NCBI RefSeq assembly: GCF_006345805.1
Contig: NC_042998.1
Coordinates: forward strand, 22,320,001 to 22,384,000
From: Octopus sinensis
Taxonomy: Eukaryota
DNA length: 64,000 bases
Direction: 5' to 3'
Under the pieces are notes generated by a model, which worked only from the letters and a program-made list of their open reading frames with translations, was not told the origin of the DNA and did not search any database. The translations under genes were made by a program, and so were the position numbers. Below, in pieces: positions 11,780-25,235 of this stretch (its first letter is position 1; each line of letters opens with the position of its first letter).

Positions 11780-12205
11780 AAAGAAGTTTCATATTTTGGC
11801 ACAAGGTTAGCAACCGATCTCAATACTCAACTGGTACTTATTTTATCAACCACGAAAGGATGAAATGCAAAGACGCCTTCGGTGGAATTTGAACACAGAA
11901 CGTAAGGGCGGACAAAATGCCGCCAAGCATATTGTCCAGCTTGCTAACTGTTCTGCCAGCTCGCCTCTTAAAAAAATAGAGTCATATTCTTTTCTACAAG
12001 GCCTGAAATTTCGTGGTGGTGGTGGTGGTGGGGAAGTAGATTATGTCGATCCTAGTGCTCAACTGGTACTTATTTTATCGACCCCGAAAGGATGAAAGGC
12101 AAAGTCGACCTCTGCGGAAATTGAACTCAAATTGTAAAGACGGACAAAATGTCGCTAGGTATTTTGCCCGGCGTGCAAAAGATTCTGCTCTCTGGTCGCC
12201 TTAAA
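11780..12205 (-). mobile_element. Two diverged SINE family B copies
   Basis: CCCCGAAAGGATGAAAGGCAAAGTCGACC..GAA.TTGAACTC module present twice. Confidence 0.75.
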
Positions 12206-12446
12206 AAGTGGAGTAATATCAACATTCGACTTCATTCCTGGTGAGAGTCCATTTCGGATGTTCAAGAGTTTTGGAAAGTTTGGAGTTAAGTGTTTGTTAC
12301 GTATATTGTAAGGTCCACAGTGGCTCGGAAAGCAGTATTTGCCAAAGGCTTCGTTTAGGGGTTAAAAGGAAGATGGTCTTATGGCTAAAACAAACAGGTT
12401 TTGAAGTAAGGCTGGTCTTTAGATATGTGTCATATAGGACCACAAA

Positions 12447-12832
12447 GTGGAGGCGCAATGGCCCAGTGGTTAGGGCAGTGGACTCGCGGCCGTAGGATCG
12501 CGGTTTCGATTCCCAGACCGGGCGTTGCGAGTGTTTATTGAGCGAAAACACCTAAAAGCTCCACGAGGCTCCGGCAGGGGATGGTGGTGATCCCTGCTGT
12601 ACTCTTTCACCACAACTTTCTCTCACTCTTACTTCCTGTTTCTGTTGTACCTGTATTTCAAAGGGCCGGCCTTGTCACTCTCTGTGTCACGCTGAATATC
12701 CCCGAGAACTACGTTAAGGGTACACGTGTCTGTGGAGTGCTCAGCCACTTACACGTTAATTTCACGAGCAGGCTGTTCCGTTGATCGGATCAACCGGAAC
12801 CCTCGTCGTCGTAACCGACGGAGTGCTTCCCA
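12447..12832 (+). mobile_element. Full-length young SINE family A
   Basis: Nearly identical to the inverted copy at 36452-36836; flanking AGGACCACA direct repeat is a possible TSD. Confidence 0.9.
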
Positions 12833-12899
12833 CAGGACCACAGGTGTGTGAACATATCCTGGTGATGACACGTGAACCAGTCTCTCTACCTACGGTTAA

Positions 12900-13208
12900 T
12901 CGGGCGTTGTGAGTGTTTATTGAGCGAAAACACCTAAAAGCTCCACGAGGCACCGGCTACTAGTGGTGACGAACCCTGCTGTACTCTTTCACCACAATTT
13001 TCTTTTACTCTTTCTTCCTGTTTCTGTTCTGCTTTTATTTCAAAAGGCCAGCCTTGTCACTCTCTGTGTCACGCTGAATCTCCCCGAGAACTACGTTAAG
13101 GGTACACGTATCTGTGGAGTGCTCAGCCACTTGCACGTTAATTTCACGAGCAGGCTGGTTCCTTTGATCGGATCAACTGGAACCCTCGTCGTCGTAACCG
13201 ACGGAGTA
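12900..13208 (+). mobile_element. 5'-truncated SINE family A
   Basis: Aligns to 12518-12825. Confidence 0.85.
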
Positions 13209-13245
13209 CCACGACGATATGTACATGCATATATGGGCATCTAGG

Positions 13246-13465
13246 CGGTGAGATGGCAGAATCGTTAGCAAGCCGGGCGAAATGCGTAGCCGTATTTCGT
13301 CCGCCGTTACGTTCTGAGTTCAAATTCCGCCGAGGTCGACTTTGCCTTTCATCCTTTCGGGGTCGATAAATAAAGTACCAGTCACGCACTGGGGTCGATG
13401 TAATCGACTTAATCCCTTTGTCTGTCCCCTCTATGTTTAGCCCCTTGTGGGCAATAAAGAAATAT
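13246..13465 (+). mobile_element. Full-length young SINE family B with 17-bp TSD
   Basis: A-box-like TGGCAGAATCG, B box GAGTTCAAATTCC, tail CCCCTTGTGGGCAATAAAGAAATA. ATATATGGGCATCTAGG is duplicated at 13229-13245 and 13466-13482. Confidence 0.9.
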
Positions 13466-14057
13466 ATATATGGGCATCTAGGTATGTATGCATATTTATG
13501 AATGTATGAGTGAGTGTATATATGAATGCATGTATAAATGTACATATGTATGTACAAATATAAATGCATCTAAGTACGTATGTTTGTACATATATACGAA
13601 TGGAAGTACGTACATAGGCGGCATGCATGTATGAATCTATACATAAATGCATGCTTCTGCATACGTATATGACTGAATGCATGTATGCACGTATGTGCGT
13701 GTCTGATGTGCATGCGTTAGTGCGCATGCGTGTATGTACGTGTCTGCGTGAGTGTGTGTGTGTGTGTGTGTGTGCTTAAAAGCAACATAGCTGAATAAAA
13801 TCTGCTTTAATCGTTTTATCGTGTTTCTGCATGTGAACCTTTTCATCTTTATTTTTACAGTTCAATTAACCTGTCAGGAATAGGTAGGGAATTTTCCGGG
13901 AAAAGTTCAATAGGGCTGATCACTGATTCACAAATACTTCTGATTAGGAAAGGTCAGGTCAGCGATTGACCACATTAATTGCACCACTGCACAGACGCCT
14001 TTCCATGTATACATACATACGTACATACATACATATGTATATATACGAGCGTATCTG

Positions 14058-14093
<36 letters not shown>

Positions 14094-14111
14094 TGTATGT
14101 ATGTATGTATA

Positions 14112-14277
14112 GACGCAGGCGTGACTGTGTAATAGATAGTTTTTTAAGGACCACATGATTCCAGGTTCAGTTCGACAGCGTGGCATCTTGAGCAAGAAGT
14201 GTCTTTTATTATAGCCAGGGCCCAACTAAAACCTCCTGAGTGGATTTGGTGGACGGAAACTGAAAGAATCCCGTCGT
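14112..14277 (+). mobile_element. SINE family C, 5' half
   Basis: Diverged head through GGAAACTGAAAGAATCCCGTCGT. Confidence 0.8.
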
Positions 14278-14462
14278 TCACACACACACACACACACACA
14301 CACACCTTATTGTTATTATTATTTAAAACAGTTTGATTCAATCCCATGCAACTTACAGTTTCATAGGGTCCTTGCAGAAATCGATAGCTCGTCGGCTGTC
14401 TGAGCCCCACGAGCGACAAAACGTTAACTTGCACGGTGCCGAATCAGACTGCTTTAAATAAT

Positions 14463-15460
14463 TGTTGTTATCCTCTGTCGGACTGTTATAACGCCCGTTC
14501 CGGTATAGTAATATAGTTAGTTAGACAAGTAAGGAGACAACTATCTGTATCCGACTACTCGACCGACACTGTTCACAGTATTTGTATTTGTAACGACTAG
14601 CACATGCCACTCGTCATGTGGGAGGGAAGTTCCATTATTAACTATTATCTCCATAACATCTTCCCTTTAAAATTTTTCTTTTTTTCTTTAGGAGTGTAAT
14701 TTTATTTCTTTCATTAGCAATAATTTTTACATCACCCACTTCCCTTTCTTGAGTATTTTTTTTCATACAGTTACACATTAAATATTCGTTTCGTTTGGCA
14801 TCCACTTCCAGGAACTCCGTACATTTTCTTTTTATTTCGCCTGTGCTCTGGGTTCAATTATTTCTAGTGGCGTTGGAACTTGAAAAGTATCATATAACCA
14901 TTCCATTGGTTCTTCCATTCTCTTGGGTTCGCTCCCAACGAACCTTTTTTTTTCTTAGTTGGTTCACGTGACTTTTGTACACATCTTTTCATTTTACTAA
15001 GTATAGTATTTTCCCTGTGCGTTTGGTAATCTCGCCTTCTTCCCAAATTTGTTTTCCGTTCTTATATGCCCTTACAAATACATTTTCATAAATTTTGAAA
15101 TATCTTGCTGTATTATCCATTGCAATCTTTCTTTTCTTGCCAAGTAGCAATTTGTCGAAGACTGATTTTATTTTCCACAACGGAAACATTCCACTTTCTT
15201 AAATGGGCAATTTTTTGTCAGGTGCAGAACTCCACATGCAAAACATGGATTTATTTCCTGATTTTTGTCCTGTTTTCACTGTATTTCAGTACATACTTGA
15301 TTACAATTCTGCCTGTTTCGCACTTGTTTCACTTGGGAGCAATCTTTATGTTCAATTTTTCTCTGTGTCATGTCTTAAATTTACTATTCTTTCACACTCT
15401 TCTGACACTTGTTCAAGATTACAGCTTGGTTTTGTTCCAGCTTATCGTGCATGTTTGCTT
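14463..15460 (-). mobile_element. Internally deleted Ty3/Gypsy-type LTR retrotransposon relic: gag zinc knuckle, integrase C-terminal region, PPT and 3' LTR (14463-14658)
   Basis: Minus strand reads NPCFACGVLHLTKNCPFKKVECFRCGK directly into IKSVFDKLL...FVRAYKNGKQIWEEGEITKRTGKILYLVK. PPT AAGAAAAATTTTAAAGGGAAGA abuts a TGTT...AACA 196-bp LTR. Confidence 0.8.
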
Positions 15461-15559
15461 GTGTGTGTGTGAGTGTGTGCGTGTGAGTGTGTATGCGTGT
15501 GTGTGTGTGAGTGTGTGTGTGTGAGTGTGTATGCGTATGTGTGTGTATGTATGTATATA

Positions 15560-16030
15560 TAAATGTATGTATGAATGTAATTATTCAGCTTTATTTCAAG
15601 ATTTCTTGCCAATAGAGAAAGAGCCGGTTTCTAACCTAGATTCAAGGCTTCTTCATTGGAATTTCAACATCAACAACAGGGTATTTTTGTTTGTATGTAT
15701 GTATGTATATGTGCAGATTTGAATGCTTTGTTTTATGTATGTATTCTCAAGCATATAGTTTCCTATTTAGACATACTCATATATTTAAATACTACACTTC
15801 TTGTAAGTTTTACAGATTTTTGCATTTCCAGTGATGGATTGAATCTGTAGTTTTCGAATTAGCTTTCTCCGATCTGGTTTTAAGAAGCCTAATTTCTCAA
15901 GACTGGTATTTAGGTAGTGTGTTACATATCCCAGGGCTCCAATAATTACGTGTAATCTGGATAGGGTAACTGCAGATTTCTCAATAGTTCAACGTAGGTG
16001 TTCTCTTTTTCACTGATCTTCAGCTTTATG
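15560..16030 (-). mobile_element. 3' end of an RLE-type LINE with (TACA)n tail
   Basis: Minus strand gives KLKISEKENTYVELLRNLQLPYPDY..IIGALGYVTHYLNTSLEKLG...LQIQSITG.AKICKT. Confidence 0.65.
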
Positions 16031-16035
16031 TTAAC

Positions 16036-16066
<31 letters not shown>

Positions 16067-17149
16067 TGTATGTATGTATGTATGTATGTATGTATATGTA
16101 TGTATGTATGTACGCCTATGTATATTAGTGTTTATGTTTAGTGGTGTAAATGGCGTGTCGTATTGTATCTCTTTATGTCCAAAGAACGTGAAAATAAGCT
16201 CTTGATTAAAATAAGTCTTGGGGGTCGATGATATCAAACAAAACGTCTGAAGGTGGTACCTCAGCATGGTCGTAATTCAGTGACTGAATCAAAGAATCAA
16301 AGAATAAAAGAATTTCTGCAACATAATTGTGGCCTTGAACTAATAACATGTGATATGAAGATCACAACACGTTACAAAGCAAGCTTTCAGTTCCCTCTTT
16401 TTGCATTCTGAAATGCTGGGAACGTTTCCGCCGAACCTAGAAATATGTTACATCGGGAAACCACAAACAATAGCAGGAAACGTACAACTTTCTGGGTGAC
16501 ATGTTTGAACCGATTTTATTCCGCCAACTCCAGCATCTACTTTCACTTTCATTTTAAAGAATCCTCGCATTTGTTTTATTTACAGTTGCAGACAAATCGA
16601 CAATAACAGACATCCATTAGCACTTTTATGTTTTTCGTTCGCTCCGATTGAGGATGTCTTTCTTTGTCTTTCCAACAAAGTGTACATAAGCTTTATAATA
16701 TTTAATACTTCCAACACGAAAAACAAAATATATTGTCTTGATACGTTAGAATATTAATTGTTCTTGTAAACAATAACCAGATACCAGATTCGTATTTTGT
16801 TTGTATGTCAAATAATTTCTAAACAATCAAACTGTTAGAGGACTTCATATTTGAATTACCTTTTTCTTTAAACAAAATCCTTATGAGAAGAACAAATAGA
16901 TAGTTTTAGCTTGACACATAAATCATAAATGTGTATTTTCTTTATAAATACGCCATAGCATAACATTTTGTTTGATATTAATTCAGGAAACCTTTGAATC
17001 CATATAATAGAAGCACACAGAATTAAATAAATACAATGTAAGCAAATGAGGTGAGAACTGTGGAGTTAGAGGTAAAAATACTATTGTGCAAAATTCTTGT
17101 CATAAGGAAAATTTAATTTAAAAAATACTTAAGTTACACGAAAATATAT

Positions 17150-18475
17150 GTGACTTAGATACGTTTAACAACTGGGTTTTTCTTTCAATTCCAGATATAT
17201 TCAAAACCCTCAGAACATTAGGGCTTTGTTCTGAATCGAAAACAAGAAGCAATACAAAAGAAAACAAAATATTTTCTTGTGGTTTTTAACTCAGAATTCA
17301 ATAAAATTCTTCAGAATTCTTTTCACGTATGTAGGATACTACATAGATAAACTGTAATTATAAGCTTTTTAACAAAGAAGTTTAGGGATCCAACTTAGTA
17401 TAAATTCTCTTTAAGCTTTTCATAACTGTATCCTATTCATGAATGTTAGAATGTGATCTTGTTAACGAAGAACAAAATGTCCAAACAACTTTTATAAACC
17501 ATGGTATACTTCGAAATATGTATGTATGTATTAAAGGCCTGTGATATGCAGGAAACCGACTGGGAGAGCAATGCCTATCATCACCACAGATAGAGGAAGC
17601 AGGTTAAGGAAGGGGTCGATTCCTTTGAGAGCACGTATTCTGCATGAAGAATTTATGCATACTGCTCGAAAGCGTACTGCTACCGTAGTGAATGGGGAAG
17701 GCTTGGTCTGCAATGTTTGCAGTCGTGTATGCTTGTCAAGAGCAGGGCTCATTAGCCACCAACGGAGCTGCAGATGCAAAATATAAGTTAGTCCCAGAGT
17801 GCACAATGTTCCTGAAGGTCAGTGGACGGCCATAATCACGTATGTATGTATGTATGTATGTATGTATGTATGTATGTATGTATGTATGTGATAAAATAGT
17901 AATCAAAGGGGTTCATAGATGAAACATGGTTGAGAACCATTGACGTAGAACTTCAACTTAATGTAAACTCTCTGAGCATTACATTACACAACACATCTTC
18001 TACAGCATATCAACAGAAGTCTTGGACTTCTGAGGATATGCTGTAGAAGAAGATATGCTGTGGGGATAACGGCACACATATCGGATTGGAAGGATTATTA
18101 GAGCTTCGGGCAAAACAACTTGCAGTACTTATTTACGTCTCTTAACGTTTTGAGTTCAAATCCAGTCGCGGCCAAATTTATCTCATCCTATTTCATGATC
18201 GATAAAAGTGAGACTTGAATACATTTAACAACTGGGTTTTTCTTGCGATTCCAGACATATTCAAAATCCTCAAGACAATAGGGCTTTGTGCTGAATCGAA
18301 AACAAGAAGCAATACAAAAGAAAACTAAACCTTTTCTTGTGGTTTTTAACTCAGAATTCAGTAAAATTCTTCAGGATTTTTTTTTCACGTATGTATGGTT
18401 TCTCTTGCAATTCCAGATATATTCAAAACCCTCAGGACATTAAGGGTTTGGGCTGAATCGAAAACAAGAAACAAT
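17150..18475 (+). repeat. Three local direct copies of a ~150-bp unit (17150-17335, 18208-18395, 18396-18470)
   Basis: TTCCAGA(T/C)ATATTCAAAA.CCTC..GAATCGAAAACAAGAA is repeated three times. Confidence 0.85.
17535..17890 (+). mobile_element. 3' fragment of RTE-type LINE with (GTAT)n tail, embedded in (TATG)n
   Basis: ORF 17541-17786 ends in LVCNVCSRVCLSRAGLISHQRSC (the C2H2-like C-terminus typical of RTE ORFs), followed by a short UTR and a microsatellite tail. Confidence 0.75.
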
Positions 18476-18732
18476 TGGAGTTGATTTAATCAAAAATGCC
18501 CCTTCCCAAATATGAAATTTCTTGCCTATGTTAAAAGTTAATTAAACAGCCGTTTGCTTTTTAAAATTAGCTTCTTTACATGTATTGTGTGCAGGTGTGT
18601 TCCAGGTTCAATCCAGTTCCACAGAATGAAATGTTGACCGAATATCTTTCAAACCTTGTAAAATTGTGCTGACTGGCATTGAAAGGAAGTTTAGATTCCC
18701 ATCGTTTAGGGTTATGCCTGTAATGACTTGAA

Positions 18733-18890
18733 GGCGCAGGTGCGGCTCTGTGTGGTAAGAAGTATGCTTCCAGATTCAGTCCCACTGCGTGGAACCCTGT
18801 GTAAATGTCTTTTACCATATCCTAGAGCCGACCAAAGTCTTGTGAGTAGATCTGGTGGACAGAAACTTAAAGAAGCCATTCATGAGTGTA

Positions 18891-18897
<7 letters not shown>
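18733..18897 (+). mobile_element. Diverged SINE family C, 5' half
   Basis: GGCGCAGGTGCGGCTCTGTGTGGTAAG...CCCACTGCGTGG... Confidence 0.75.
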
Positions 18898-18937
<40 letters not shown>

Positions 18938-18966
18938 CTGTATATATATATATATATATATATATA

Positions 18967-19202
18967 CAGTGATCCCTTGCCATATCGCGGTTCGCCTATC
19001 GCGGTTCGCCTATCGCGATTTATTATTTAAGTTTACGTCGATTCCTCAGTGAAGTTATTTTGCATTTATAATAAAATAAATATGCATAAATTATAAAAAT
19101 AATAAAACAAAAAAGTACAGTGATGTTTCTGCTTCGCGGATTTTCACCTATCGCGGGGGTGGGGAATTAGAACGTAACACTGCGATAGTCGAAAGGTTAC
19201 TG
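18967..19202. mobile_element. Tigger/pogo-type MITE with TA flanks
   Basis: TA|CAGTGATCCCTTGCCATATCGCG ... GCGATAGTCGAAAGGTTACTG|TA. Confidence 0.75.
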
Positions 19203-19426
19203 TATATATCGTTGTTATTATGTTAAACTGTTGTATGTCCAAATTTGGCCAAATGCGTTTTTTCAATATATATTTTTGCTTGCAATAGCCGGTTCTTTTT
19301 TGTCAAACTATCGTATCTCCAGCTGCTTCAGATGCCAAGATATCAAAAATTGCCAAAGTGTAGTACAACGGTTTTGCTATGGAATGGTGAAACTATTTTT
19401 TCGTTTTGTGAAAAAGCAACGTTTTA

Positions 19427-20205
19427 CAGGTGTTGGACAAAATAATGGAAACACCTAGCATCATAGCATCATAATTTTGAAATATCTATGAAACCGTCAA
19501 AAGCTTGTTTATTTTTATGTTTTTTGATTTATTATTAGTGTTGCCTAATATGTTTGGCTAAAATTGCTGTTTCTTTTCAGATATCATCTGAAAAAGTTAA
19601 TTAAAATTCATTAAAATGACAGATCTATCGGACTTTCAAAGAAGTCAAATTGTTGGTGCTCGAATGGTAGGCGCTAGCGTAACGAAACTAGCCGAAATGT
19701 TTGGTGTATCAAGAAGTACTGTCTTGAGAGTAATGACAGCCTTTGAGCAAAAGGAAAAACCTCCTCCTCGAAACTCCGGAAGAAAACCAAAACTTTCAGA
19801 ATGAGACTGTCGGACTCTTACGCGAAATGTTAGAAAGGATCACAAAAGTACAGCTCCCAAAATTACTCCAAAGCTTAATGACCACCTCGAGAACCCGGAT
19901 TTCACGGGAGTGCTGCAATCAGAAAATAACTACTTTCAAAAATAAACGTTGCAAAGCGTTTAGAGTGGAGTAAAACCCTACAGAATTGGTCCCTAGAGCA
20001 GTGGAAGAATGTTATTTTCTCGGACGAGTCATCCTTTAACTTATTTCCGACTACCGGCCGAGTATACGAGTAGAGATAGCCAAAAGAAACATTGGACCCA
20101 GACTGCCTTCTTCCAACCGTTAAACATGGAGGAGGATCTGAGATGATTTGGGGTGGGGCTACGTTTTGGAAATCCGCCGACCCAATGGTTTCCCATGGAA
20201 TACTC
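19427..20205 (+). mobile_element. Tc1-family transposon 5' half, transposase pseudogene from 19616
   Basis: TA|CAGGTGTTGGACAAAATAATGG terminus. MTDLSDFQRSQIVGARMVGASVTKLAEMFGVSRSTV (paired-type HTH), WKNVIFSDESSF and LPTVKHGGGS.MIWG motifs; frameshifted. Confidence 0.9.
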
Positions 20206-21049
20206 GACCACATAAATTATTGTATAAGTTGTTTAGTTAGTAGTTTCGTGGGTCGAAACACAGGCCACGTATTGGCGGTTATGTCATAAGATCTATGTAC
20301 TTATGTGTGTGTGCGTTTGTGTGTGTGTGTGTGTCACGTAGAATACATGGTTATAACTATCTTTACGAAATAAGACTTTTACAGTTTAAGAGTCGTTTTA
20401 TTTTTCTGTCCCATTAAAAACTATGTGACAATTTATGCAAGAGTTCTACTATTCTACTAATTCTATTCATGAAACCTTAGTTTCAATTTGCGTTTGTCTG
20501 GTTTGAGCAACACAAAAAGACAAAAAACAGAATCACTTATAAGATATATGTTTTGTGAAGTTTGTACACAGAAAAGTACATTTAATAACCTTCAGCAATG
20601 AATTTGTCCAGAAACAAAATACATATATTAAGCGAAATCTTATTAACACAAGATATAGATGCAAATACAATAAGAAACTTTTAGACAACCAATCAGATTG
20701 TAAATAACACGTCTATGTAAACAAATAAAGCCAGCAACAATAGATTCAGGAATTCCAAATGAATAACCATAAAAAGAAAAAGAAAGAATTTCAGGAACAT
20801 ATTCAAATAAAATGTAAATTACACAAACACATATAAACTACATTTGGTCTTGTTGAGCAAATATAAACTAGGACAGATTTCGCTTTTAATAGCAAATACG
20901 TTAACACCAAAAACGGAAGAAGAAAAGAATAAACGAAAGCACCAAATGTGTTACGATTTCGATAAATCTACAAAAAATAGCAGCTAAATGTTCCTCAAAT
21001 TACACTGTACTTCCTGAAATTATTCTTTTTAACTCTAGGCTTGAGATTT

Positions 21050-21395
21050 GGCGAAAGGAGGCTAGTTAGTTACTTCGATCCCTGTATTCAGTTGGTATTT
21101 ATTTTATCGACCCTCAAAAGAATAATAATATGCGAAGTCGATCTCGATGGAATTTGAACTCAGAATGTAATACTGGAAGAAATACCTATTTCTTTATTAT
21201 CCACAAGGGGCTAAACATAGAGGGGACAAACAAGGACAGACATAGGTATTAAGTCGATTATATCGACCCCAGTGCGTAACTGGTACTTATTTAATCGACC
21301 CCGAAAGGATGAAAGGCAAAGTCGACCTCGGCGGAATTTGAACTCAGAACGTAATACTGGAAGAAATACCGCTGAACATTATGTCACTGCTTTTA
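21050..21395 (-). mobile_element. Young SINE-B body nested in an old SINE-B copy, with 19-bp duplication
   Basis: GTAATACTGGAAGAAATAC at 21167-21185 and 21351-21369 flanks a near-consensus body (21186-21350). Confidence 0.85.
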
Positions 21396-21410
21396 GTTTC
21401 TTAAATAATA

Positions 21411-21626
21411 TTGGGTTGTCCGGAAAGTTCGTGCCAATTTATAGTAGCTTACCTTTCGACTTACCCTCCCAGGCACCTCAGTTCTGGGAAGAGGGTATTT
21501 TCAAGTTAAAGGAAAGATTATGGAGCAAAATGGTTCATATTTGGTTTGATTAGAAACGTAATGGCAAGTATTTATTGATCTTTTTCTTTGCTTTAAAAGT
21601 CGGCACAAACTTTCCGGACAACCCAA
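21411..21626. mobile_element. Mariner-type MITE, 216 bp, TA TSD
   Basis: TA|TTGGGTTGTCCGGAAAGTTCGTGCC ... GGCACAAACTTTCCGGACAACCCAA|TA. Confidence 0.9.
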
Positions 21627-22399
21627 TAGTTTCTACTACAGGCACAAGACCGGAATTTTTTATGAGGTCGAGTTTAATCGATTAAGTCCACTCAGTGATC
21701 AACTGGTTCTTATGTGATCGACTCTGGATGGATGAAAGGCAAAGTCGACCTTCGTGGAACTTGAACTCAGAATGTAAAGACGAATGAAATGTCGCTAAGC
21801 ATCTTGCTCGTCGACTTAACGATTCTGCCAGCTCACTGCCTTAAGTTTCTTAAATAATGGTTTCAAATTCTGCCACAAGGGGAGCAGTTTTGGGGGAGGG
21901 GATGAATCGATTGCATCGACCCCAGTGTTCAACTGGTACTTATTTTATCGATCCCGAAAGGCCCTTTGAATTAGGGGGACTAGGACTGTTCATTTGTCAA
22001 GCTTTCACGCACTTTAACCTTACTTTGTTGTACGAAGCTGTAGTAAATAACTGTTGCTGGCGATTCTATAGAATAGGATCGAACTCGTTGCTTCGTGATG
22101 GCGAAGCAAACCTCTTAAACATTTGGCCATGAAAATACATACACACATTCACGTGTGCGCACGCACACACCATTATGTGTAACATATACGTATATGTGTG
22201 TGCGCGCTCGTGTATGGCTATGCTCCAGCATAGCCACTGCCCTTGAGCTGAACACAAAAAATTAAGGAATATATATATAGATACTTGTAGATACTTGTAG
22301 ATACTTGTATATATATATATATGGATGTTTTGATGTCTCATTTTTTGTATCACCTAACTGTTCGGATGTTTTGCGTTCTTGTTCCATTTTGTATTATAT

Positions 22400-22414
22400 A
22401 TATATACATATATA

Positions 22415-22466
<52 letters not shown>

Positions 22467-22668
22467 TATTATATACATATATATATATACATATATATAC
22501 AATGGCGGTGCCCCAGCATGGCCACAGCTCATAAGCTGAAACTGGAATCAATCAATCGAATCAATCATAATACATATATATATACAATATATATATATAT
22601 ACATATATATATATTATATATATATAATATATATATATATAGATATATATATATATACATATATATAC

Positions 22669-22701
<33 letters not shown>

Positions 22702-22762
22702 CATATATATATACATATATATATATATACATATATAATATATATATATATATATTATATAT

Positions 22763-22797
<35 letters not shown>

Positions 22798-22800
22798 TAT
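22400..22800. repeat. (TA)n-rich microsatellites and (GATA)n
   Basis: Direct reading. Confidence 0.95.
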
Positions 22801-23125
22801 AACCATCGTTCTTGTCTAGCGACCCCCCATATTTCCTTTCATTCGGTTTCCTTGTTTGTTTCCACTGCCCTGTTTTTTTCCCCAACTTTGATCCTCCATA
22901 AATCCCAAATTATATTTTGATATTTATGGGGGCAACTGTCTTCGAAGACTCATACTGTCGTTCAATACTCGACATAAGGAGTAGATAGACTGCCGACAAC
23001 TGATGAAGGGTCGTTCTTTATTATGTTACTTGTCCTGTTTTCCATTTGTTTCTCTCTTCGTTTGCGCGTACTGAACTCATTTGTTTTCGTATTTCATGTT
23101 GTTTACTGTTGGTGACGTCCTGCAC

Positions 23126-23682
<557 letters not shown>

Positions 23683-24447
23683 TAAACAGTAAAAATAATT
23701 ACAGACATGGACAAGAACATGAAACACCACAGAGACGACACAAGAACCACAGGACAGGACATTCGAAGCCCTCAGTCATCAGTCAAGAACCAGATCATCT
23801 TAGCAATTTCGGCTGATTAATCTTGAGATTGCTCCGATATGGCCAGCCCGCCAAGGGAAATCTAAGCCAAGCGCATTAGATCCCCTGGAAGAAAGCTTCG
23901 AATGTATACAACGCGAGGACGGAAAACGAACGAATACACAAACAAAATACAGAATACGTGACACCAATAAGAATACAAAAACGTAAAAACAATAACGGTA
24001 AAAATAAAAAATAAACAACAAAACAAAACCAGGACGTAGGACAAGGGCCTTTCGACAGGACGAGTTGAGTATGGGGCTGGCTTATGAAGTTGTGCTTAAT
24101 GGCCGCGGGGAGACGAACAAATACGTGTTGCTTCTGCGACTGCTGAAACAAAAAGAGCGCTCAACAGCGGCTAGCGGTCACGTGAGAACAAAAGACAGGA
24201 GAAGGGACAGATGAAAAGAGAGAGAAGGTGGACGAGGGAGGAGAAGAAAGAGACAGACCGAGGGGCTGGAGTGAGAGAGATAGAGAAACGTAGAAGGGGG
24301 GGGGGGAGACGGATGGAGAGGGAAAGAAAGGAAGGGGAATAAGGGAGGAGAGAGAGAGAGAAAAAGAGACAGATTAAGAGTCGTATCAATGCTAGAGAAA
24401 AAATATACTTATCGTATAAGGACAATTGTGGATACGTAGCCGCCGAT

Positions 24448-24516
<69 letters not shown>

Positions 24517-25235
24517 CTGTATGTGTGTGTGTATCCGCACATGTATCTTTGTGTCTGTACTTTGCGCATAGGCGTGTGTATGTGTGCCTGTGCATGTGTA
24601 TGTGTGTTTATGGGATAGGGAAAAGAGAATATCTCACATAACGATTGTATATATGTGCGTGTGTTATTCTGTGCGTATGTATGTGTGTTTGTGCGTGTGT
24701 GTGTATATATAAACCGTATATAAATATGCATATATGTATATATAAGTACGTGTTTTTTAACGTCAGCTTTATCTGGTCATTTCGTATTTTTCAATATTTA
24801 TTGAACTGATCTTTCCCCGCTTGATTCACTCCGCTTATTTGTAGTGGACAGAGAATTAGGTTATTGCCTTTTGAAATTAAAATTACTTCCACATGAATGA
24901 GCTCAAATCCAAACTTTGTATTGTTTTCATGTCGCTATCAAATCTTTCGTTTAGTTCTCAAATTATCCAAACAACAAACCAGTTTAGTTAATCTCGGGGT
25001 TGTTGTTTGTGAGAATAATAACAATTTTTAGAAGACTTGGAATCGGCGTCGTCATAAATGTTTCTTGGTTTTTGAGACTCTAGGGCCATTGGTTAGCGGG
25101 TTTGTTTAGTGTGGAGAAAGACTCACGGTATCAATCCCCAGGGTAATTTATATTCTAGACTTTTGTGTCTACGGTGTAATTGTGTTGAGACGATGAAAGG
25201 GCTGACCGGTTGTAGAGCGGATTCTGCCATTATAT

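Noticed and set aside
22990-23015. CTGATGAAGGG core-like motif (also 7717, 23780 and 40878 minus)
   Set aside because: No paired stem II followed by GAAA and a cleavage site could be built.
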